Shown one piece after another: positions 11,450 through 17,644 of a stretch of DNA of 17,644 nucleotides (within the stretch, counting starts at the first letter, position 1; each line of letters opens with the position of its first letter). Source of the DNA: Ginkgo biloba (lineage: Eukaryota; Plantae; Ginkgophyta); contig JANKJI020000002.1 of assembly GCA_024626585.2 (NCBI GenBank), forward strand, positions 116,197,033 through 116,214,676. Reading direction: 5' to 3'. The notes under the pieces are model-generated. The model was not told the DNA's origin. It was given only the letters and a program-made list of their open reading frames with translations, and made no database searches. Both the position numbers and the translations under genes were made by a program.

Positions 11450-11668
11450 GCACAGCTTGACAAAGAAGGCCATGCAAAAGATATTAAACTAGGAAAGTTA
11501 CATCATCATCTATTCTACCACATCAATGGCTAATTGCTTAGCAAAGCCTTGCGTAGCATTCATCAACCTAATACAAAGGATAAATGGACCTTTTCAAAGA
11601 CATGTCAACTATTAGGCACAATAAAGGAAAAAGAATTCATAAAGACAAAGCACCTATTGATGCTTTGA
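11450..11668 (+). pseudogene. Relic of the chromovirus pol C-terminus (chromodomain region)
   Basis: QLDKEG at ~11453 (resembling 'LPxLDEEG') and KHLLML*GQSILRRGE ending in the purine tract, similar to the 'KHP.L..*GQ....GEG' ends of plant chromoviruses. The middle is heavily decayed. Confidence 0.45.
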
Positions 11669-11682
11669 GGGCAAAGCATTTT

Positions 11683-11695
11683 AAGAAGGGGAGAG
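11683..11695 (+). promoter_or_regulatory. Polypurine tract (PPT)
   Basis: The pure purine run AAGAAGGGGAGAG lies in the context CTTTGAGGGCAAAGCATTTT-PPT-T-TGTTATG, a typical Gypsy PPT/LTR junction. Confidence 0.7.
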
Positions 11696-11696
11696 T

Positions 11697-12354
11697 TGTT
11701 ATGTACCTTATTAGATATTAAACTCTAATAATTAATAGACATAACTTTAGGAAGGGTCGCGAATAAATATAGAAATATTCAAACATATCAACTATGTAAC
11801 ATCAACATGAAATCCAATATATATTTTATCTTTTTTGGGAACCTTTTTGTCCATTCTTAAGACACTGACACTCTCAAAGCGACTACACCCGAAAGGACCA
11901 TCTCACATAAGACAACAAAATATGATAAAATCTTGATGTGACAACAATCTTGATGATGTGGCAACAGTCTTGATGATGTGGTAGTAGAGGATAATGACAT
12001 CAATAGCATCTTTTATGGTTGAATTCAAGCACAATAAAGGCAGCAAAAATGACACAGTAATGACAACATGATGGTGTGAACAAATGACGATAAGGAAAAC
12101 ACAATGAATATAGCAATAATGATGCAAAGATAACAAATGATGGCAAGGATAGTGCAGTTAGTACAAAAATAGGGATGCATTAATTATTTTTATATGAAAT
12201 CAACAGAACCACTATTAATAGCACATTTATTACAAGCATCCTGCCACATTAATGGCCAAGTAAATGAGATGACATCAACCCTTGAAAACCCACATTTAAT
12301 GATGAAATCATATGGATTGATTACTTAATAAACCTGCATTGTTGAAACCCTAAG
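11697..12354 (+). mobile_element. 3' LTR (partial, truncated by gap) of the chromovirus-like element
   Basis: Starts TGTTATG one base after the PPT. It is non-coding and contains 20-bp TGATGATGTGGCAACAGTCT units (11951, 11971) and recurring GATGACATCA/ATTAATG motifs. Confidence 0.6.
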
Positions 12355-12456
12355 NNNNNNNNNNNNNNNNNNNNNNNNNNNNNNNNNNNNNNNNNNNNNN
12401 NNNNNNNNNNNNNNNNNNNNNNNNNNNNNNNNNNNNNNNNNNNNNNNNNNNNNNAA

Positions 12457-12852
12457 GAATGTGTTGGGAAGCGAGGAAAACAGATTACTAAGATACAGGA
12501 ATATGATATTGAGTTGAAATTGACCAAAATTCTAAGGGGCCAAGGCTTGGCGAAGTTGATGACAGAAGCTGGCTTATCTGTTATTGAGGGGGCAGTGAGG
12601 GAAGAGCAGGAACATCTTCATCAAGTAGATGTTGTTTTGTCTTCTTTAGAACTGCATGAGTGGTATTCTGATATTATTTGTTACCTCAAGAATTTATCAC
12701 TCCCAGATGACATGGATAGAAAGAAGAGGAGATCTCTTAAACTGGCAGTGTCCAAGTATTGTTTACTGCAAGGAGGTCTCGGATGGAGAAACCTAGATGG
12801 CATTATCTTATGGCGTGTTGACTCAACTGAATCCAAGGAATTGTTGAAAGAA
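12457..12852 (+). mobile_element. Ty3/Gypsy pol fragment: end of RNase H plus the linker to integrase (uninterrupted frame)
   Basis: ECVGKRGKQITKIQEYDIELKLTKILRGQGLAKLMTE...EWYSDIICYLKNLSLPDDMDRKKRRSLKL..KYCLLQGGLGWRNLDGIILWRVDSTESKELLKE, about 132 codons with no stop. It matches the 'RGRWIAKIQEYDLEIKPTKLVKGQGLAKL' and 'WY.DI..YL' motifs. Homology stops just before the integrase HHCC domain. Confidence 0.9.
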
Positions 12853-14187
12853 TGGTGGGTAAGTGTAACAACAACACATCCTAGAGCAACATTTGTCCCA
12901 ATTCAGAGCAACATTGGATATTGAGAGGCAACAACTTCTGGTGGATCATTAACAACATCTTTCAAGGATGGAATAAAAATTGGTTAAGGAGTAGTTCAAG
13001 AGGGGGAAGATTGCTCAGGCAACCAAGATTATGGTAAAAAATGGTACCTAGTGGTAAAAAGAATTGGCCAATCTTTGTGCAAGATGAGAGGCACCAAGAG
13101 CACAACCTTCCCAACCTTCACCAATGGAGACCACAACACCAAATTCAACTTATTTTAATACGCCTCCTATGATCTCGAGGCCCTCAGATGTTTTGCATGC
13201 CAATCAACTACCCCTTCGCAATGCAAGCGAATGCCTCTCACCTGTAATCTTATAAACACAAGAGTTAATAATCATTTGAATCACACCTAGATGCTTTATC
13301 TCTTTGTGCTTCCCCTGCTTCCACCTTGTCAAATTTAAATCCAACAAACTGTATAGGAATTGTGTTACATCTACCCCTTTCTCCTTCTTCCATGCGCTTC
13401 TGGATCAGTTGTGCTTTCATCCTCAACTCCAGTAGGAACTGCTGCGGCTTCATTAGTGACTTAATTGCGGGCTCTACCACNNNNNNNNNNNNNNNNNNNN
13501 NNNNNNNNNNNNNNNNNNNNNNNNNNNNNNNNNNNNNNNNNNNNNNNNNNNNNNNNNNNNNNNNNNNNNNNNNNNNNNNNTGACACTTATGTCATAATCT
13601 TTGATGATGATGCATCATTTTATGGTACTCTTGACTTGAAATCTTCGTCTTGAGGCGAATCCTAGTTGCCCTCAAAAGAATATCTAGCCTTTTCCCGTGC
13701 ATTTCGCTATCAAGGTTTGCCAAATTGGCCAAGGGTTGAATCTACTCCAAACAACAATAATTATGATATTCATGAAAGGATGTGCAATCAATGAAAAGAG
13801 ATAAAATTAGGGTTTTCTCACGTGAGTATGAAAAGACATGAAATTTCATTTATTAAGAGAGAGAAGAAGACTATAAATANNNNNNNNNNNNNNGCATAGG
13901 TGTTTAGAATCAGGAGTGAAAGTCCTTTCCATGATATTTATTATTATGTCATTAATTGAAGCAATAAATGAGGATTGTCCACCACATATTGTGTCTTGAT
14001 GTTTGCTCAATAAGTTTATGATGTTTCTTTAAAATTAATGCATAATATATCCCCAAATGAATGTTCTAACCCATTCTTGATGGTGAGCTCCACACTTGGT
14101 GATCCGTTTTTGGATCCAAAAATTNNNNNNNNNNNNNNNNNNNNNNNNNNNNNNNNNNNNNNNNNNNNNNNNNNNNNNNNNNNNNNN

Positions 14188-14860
14188 AGAGAAAATTGGG
14201 CAAAATGCGTATAGTTTTAGCTCATGATCAGTGAATGAAAGTTGTAGCCTTGTCCGTTATCTTTGATTCGGTACCAAGATTGCAGAAAACGGAGCTACGA
14301 ACTGAAAGTTATGTGCATTTTAGTGACTGCATGTCATTAAGTTGTTAGAAGAATGGGCTATGGTCGTTAGACGAACAAGCAAAAAGAGTTTGGTGAATAA
14401 GACAAAATGTTGACAAATAGACAAATGAACTAAAGGTTGTTAGACGAACGGGCTAAGTTCGTTAGACGAACGAACTAAGCCGTTAGACGAATGACCAAAG
14501 GGAAAGACAGAACAGTGAGAAAACAGCCAAAACTGTCAGCTATAATTTGACCATAACTTGGTCATACGAACTCGAAATGCGACGAAATTTGGACTGAAGT
14601 TGTTGGATAGTGAAATGGCCATGCTAACTAAAATTGAGCTCAAAACAAGTTCGTTTACCCTCTCAAAAGTGGGAATTACATAAAAACGTGTTTTGTTAAT
14701 AACTCAATCATACAACAGTTTTAGAAGCTGAATTTTAGACTGTAGCATGATGTCACCTATATCTACAATCCCTCCAAAAATCGCATTTTGAATCGACCAT
14801 TTGGGCATCCAAAACGTCAAGAGACTTTTGGCAGTCTTTTGGGAAGAAGAATACCAAGGG
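14188..14860. mobile_element. LTR-like non-coding repeat with retained CpGs
   Basis: Carries motifs common in plant Gypsy LTRs (GAAAGTTGTAGCC, CGGAGCTACG..AAAGTTATG, CCATAACTT..ATACGAACTCG) plus an internal minisatellite. It is bounded by gaps on both sides. Confidence 0.45.
14341..14497 (+). repeat. 21-22 bp minisatellite (GTTAGACGAACGGGCTAAGTTC-like)
   Basis: GTTAGA(C/A)GAA units start at 14344, 14366, 14439, 14461 and 14482, with decayed TAGACAAA units in between. Confidence 0.8.
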
Positions 14861-16029
14861 NNNNNNNNNNNNNNNNNNNNNNNNNNNNNNNNNNNNNNNN
14901 NNNNNNNNNNNNNNNNNNNNNNNNNNNNNNNNNNNNNNNNNNNNNNNNNNNNNNNNNNNNNNNNNNNNNNNNNNNNNNNNNNNNNNNNNNNNNNNNNNNN
15001 NNNNNNNNNNNNNNNNNNNNNNNNNNNNNNNNNNNNNNNNNNNNNNNNNNNNNNNNNNNNNNNNNNNNNNNNNNNNNNNNNNNNNNNNNNNNNNNNNNNN
15101 NNNNNNNNNNNNNNNNNNNNNNNNNNNNNNNNNNNNNNNNNNNNNNNNNNNNNNNNNNNNNNNNNNNNNNNNNNNNNNNNNNNNNNNNNNNNNNNNNNNN
15201 NNNNNNNNNNNNNNNNNNNNNNNNNNNNNNNNNNNNNNNNNNNNNNNNNNNNNNNNNNNNNNNNNNNNNNNNNNNNNNNNNNNNNNNNNNNNNNNNNNNN
15301 NNNNNNNNNNNNNNNNNNNNNNNNNNNNNNNNNNNNNNNNNNNNNNNNNNNNNNNNNNNNNNNNNNNNNNNNNNNNNNNNNNNNNNNNNNNNNNNNNNNN
15401 NNNNNNNNNNNNNNNNNNNNNNNNNNNNNNNNNNNNNNNNNNNNNNNNNNNNNNNNNNNNNNNNNNNNNNNNNNNNNNNNNNNNNNNNNNNNNNNNNNNN
15501 NNNNNNNNNNNNNNNNNNNNNNNNNNNNNNNNNNNNNNNNNNNNNNNNNNNNNNNTAAACTTTATTGGCATCAACTTTGGCTCTAGTTGTTTGACAATGA
15601 TTTGATCCTTTAGCTTAAATCTCTACCATCCATCTTTGATTGCATTGACCTGAGTCAAGTTCAACATTTCCTCTACTAGCTTTTGTCAGGCCTAACTTCA
15701 ATTCTGGCATTTCTTCTTTCCAAGCGCTTTCTTTGTGTTGGGGCCAAGATTCCAATGATGCTACTCCTATTATTGTGACACTAAGTCGCTATATTGTGCT
15801 TTGCCAATTCATAGTTGAGTCAGATGCCATGTGTCCGACTATTTCTACGCTCTAAAACATAAAGGAAACCATATACTTTGATGGCTACTAGGATCCTCAC
15901 AAAAAATAAACCATCAAAGTAGAAAGGGACCCATGTCTTATATACGCATTGAAAAAAGTAAGCCTTATACATGCATTGGCAAAAGAATTTAAATGTGTGT
16001 ATAAAGGAACCCAGGGGTATATGTTTTGG

Positions 16030-16250
16030 GGAACGTGTTTTGTTGCTCACACTTATGTATGGAGTCATGTACTGTTAGTGGAGTGGGTATCTCGTAGGGA
16101 GATAACCCTAGTGTTGAAGAGGGGTTGAAAATAGACCCACACTTGGCACTCTTATTATCTATAATGGGTGGAATCAAGCAGGGAAGCTACTTGGTGTTGA
16201 CGGTCAGCATTTATGCGCCAGAGGTTTGGTTGGTAGTTAAATAAGCCAAA
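16030..16250 (+). mobile_element. LTR-like repeat, copy 4 (internal fragment)
   Basis: GGTTGAAAATAGACC..CACTCTTATT..GGGTGGAATCAAGC matches 4807-4867. GCTACTTGGTGTTGACGGTCAGCATTTATGCG..GGTTTGGTTGGTAGTTAA matches 6476-6529. Confidence 0.75.
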
Positions 16251-16327
16251 CCTAATTTGATGGTTTCCCTTATGATCAATGCCTTTCTCTGGCTATTATG
16301 ATCCTTGTAAAAAGGAAGCCATCAAAG

Positions 16328-17188
16328 TATAAAGGGTCAAACAATCAAAATCAACAAAGGAGTGTTAAAAACCAAAATCATTAGTAAACATTAGGTTACT
16401 AGTGTGTTTCATTTTGATGGTTTTACGACGCGTCGGGAGAAAGGCCCATGTCTTATTATAACCATAGTAATAAGATGTTATGATCCAGACCATAGCAAAT
16501 TTATACAAGTTTAAATTTTGCCAAGAAAATGTAGGGGTCCAAGGTTCATATCACAAGGACTAATAATATCAACAAGACTTGAACTCCAGCTGACGTCAAG
16601 AGGACCCTCACTTCTATGGCTAGCACAAGGAGACCCTCCCCCTCACTTGCAAGCCTATATCCGGATCCATGTAGCATAGGCTCATGACCTAGGTAATCCT
16701 ACCTCACTTGCTTACCTCCCATCATTAAGGTCATGAGGCCTCATTCATTATATAAATACCTCTTTGGGATCAAGCCTAAGAGGCATGGGAAATCTTAGGT
16801 CACATTGCATCATCTTATTTTATCATTTATATCTTATCATCATACTTGATTTTGATGGATTGTCTAGCTATTATGATCTAGACCATAATTATAAGATGGT
16901 ATCTAGTATGTTTGGTTTTGATGGTTTATAACGCTCCTTCTATACATGATGTATACCTCTTTGGGATCAAGCCTAAAAGCCATGGGAAATCTTNNNNNNN
17001 NNNGAAACATGATGTATACATAGCTTCATGTATAAGGTCTACTTTTTTCAATGCATATATAAGACATGTGTCGTTCTCTTGACATATCATATAAACCATC
17101 AAAATCAAACATACTAGTATCCCAATGTTTACTATTTATTTTGGTTTTTAACACTCCTTTGTTGATTTTGATAGTTTGTCCCTTTATA
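16328..17188. repeat. ~130-bp inverted repeat pair (16328-16456 and 17059-17188) with a ~600 bp spacer
   Basis: The reverse complement of 17059-17188 (TATAAAGGGACAAACTATCAAAATCAACAAAGGAGTGTTAAAAACCAAAAT..AGTAAACATT..ACTAGT..TTTTGATGGTTT..CATGTCTTAT) aligns end to end with 16328-16456. Confidence 0.85.
16756..16993 (+). repeat. 41-bp direct repeat (16756-16796 and 16953-16993)
   Basis: ATACCTCTTTGGGATCAAGCCTAA(GAGG/AAGC)CATGGGAAATCTT occurs twice with 2 mismatches. The first copy follows TATATAAAT. Confidence 0.85.
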
Positions 17189-17369
17189 AACCATGTCTCA
17201 TATGCCATGGTTTATATACCATATAAACCATCAAAATCAAGCATACTAATAACTTTTTGCCCTTGATGTCTTTGTCTGCAACCATCAGAACCAAATTGTC
17301 ATCTACTTGGACAAGACATTGGACTTCTTGGTACTCCTCTACAATTTGGCTGTGCAATGACTCTTTTCT

Positions 17370-17644
17370 GGATGCAAGAACCTGCAATCTTCTTGTTTGT
17401 TGCCTACCTTTTGGCAATTCCTACACATTAGCTTCCTTCCCTAAAGGTTGTTTCTCTAGCCTGCAAGATGATTATCACCCTAGACATTATTTGCAATCTT
17501 GGTCTCTTTATTCCAAATTCTACCTAGAGGATTCCTCTATTTGGATGATGAAGCCGCCATGTATAAGAGCCTTGCTCCATTTTCCTTTTGCTTCAACTAC
17601 CACTGCTTTATTGTAGGCACTATCCTCTATTGTCATTTCTGATG
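17370..17644 (-). pseudogene. Retroelement relic with CCHC zinc knuckle (LINE ORF1- or gag-type)
   Basis: Minus strand 17425-17384 reads CRNCQKVGNKQEDC, i.e. CX2CX4(H>N)X4C with a single CAC>AAC change. The upstream frame is interrupted by stops. Confidence 0.5.

Noticed and set aside
1107-12852. Assembling gag, protease, RT, RNase H and integrase pieces into one novel composite element
   Set aside because: The pieces are on different strands, in non-canonical order, from different lineages (LINE RT, chromovirus-like protease, non-chromovirus integrase), of different ages, and separated by gaps of unknown size.
704-13815. Isolated AAACCCTA / TAGGGTTT telomere-like motifs (~706, 2844, 4460, 12346, 13808)
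   Set aside because: They are single units rather than arrays, and such motifs are common in plant LTRs.
14753-15586. Long ORFs of 256-273 aa in the ORF track
   Set aside because: They consist almost entirely of the 695-N gap and are artefacts. The same applies to the other X-containing ORFs.
17257-17616. 119-aa plus-strand ORF
   Set aside because: It has no recognisable domain and lies antisense to the CCHC-knuckle relic.

Overview
AT-rich, CpG-depleted eukaryotic repeat DNA from a gapped scaffold: 15 N-runs, six of them exactly 100 N. It looks like intergenic retrotransposon 'graveyard' from a large plant genome. The pol/gag motifs resemble those I associate with gymnosperm elements, but that assignment is inference only. 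No intact host gene, RNA gene, CRISPR array or prokaryotic system is supported. Recognisable protein-coding relics are: a decayed Ty3/Gypsy pol linker and integrase with GPY/F end, candidate PPT and 3' LTR (1.1-3.4 kb); a minus-strand gag with an Asn-rich N-terminus and CCHC relic; an L1-type LINE RT fragment; a chromovirus-like protease joined almost directly to a pol C-terminus/PPT/LTR; an uninterrupted Gypsy RNase H-integrase linker fragment; and a terminal CCHC knuckle. Non-coding repeats are four diverged copies of one ~0.8 kb LTR-like repeat, several 20-22 bp minisatellites and a ~130 bp inverted repeat with a reiterated TTTTGATGGTTT motif. I found no convincing novel biological system. 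The most notable items are structural oddities of the transposons.
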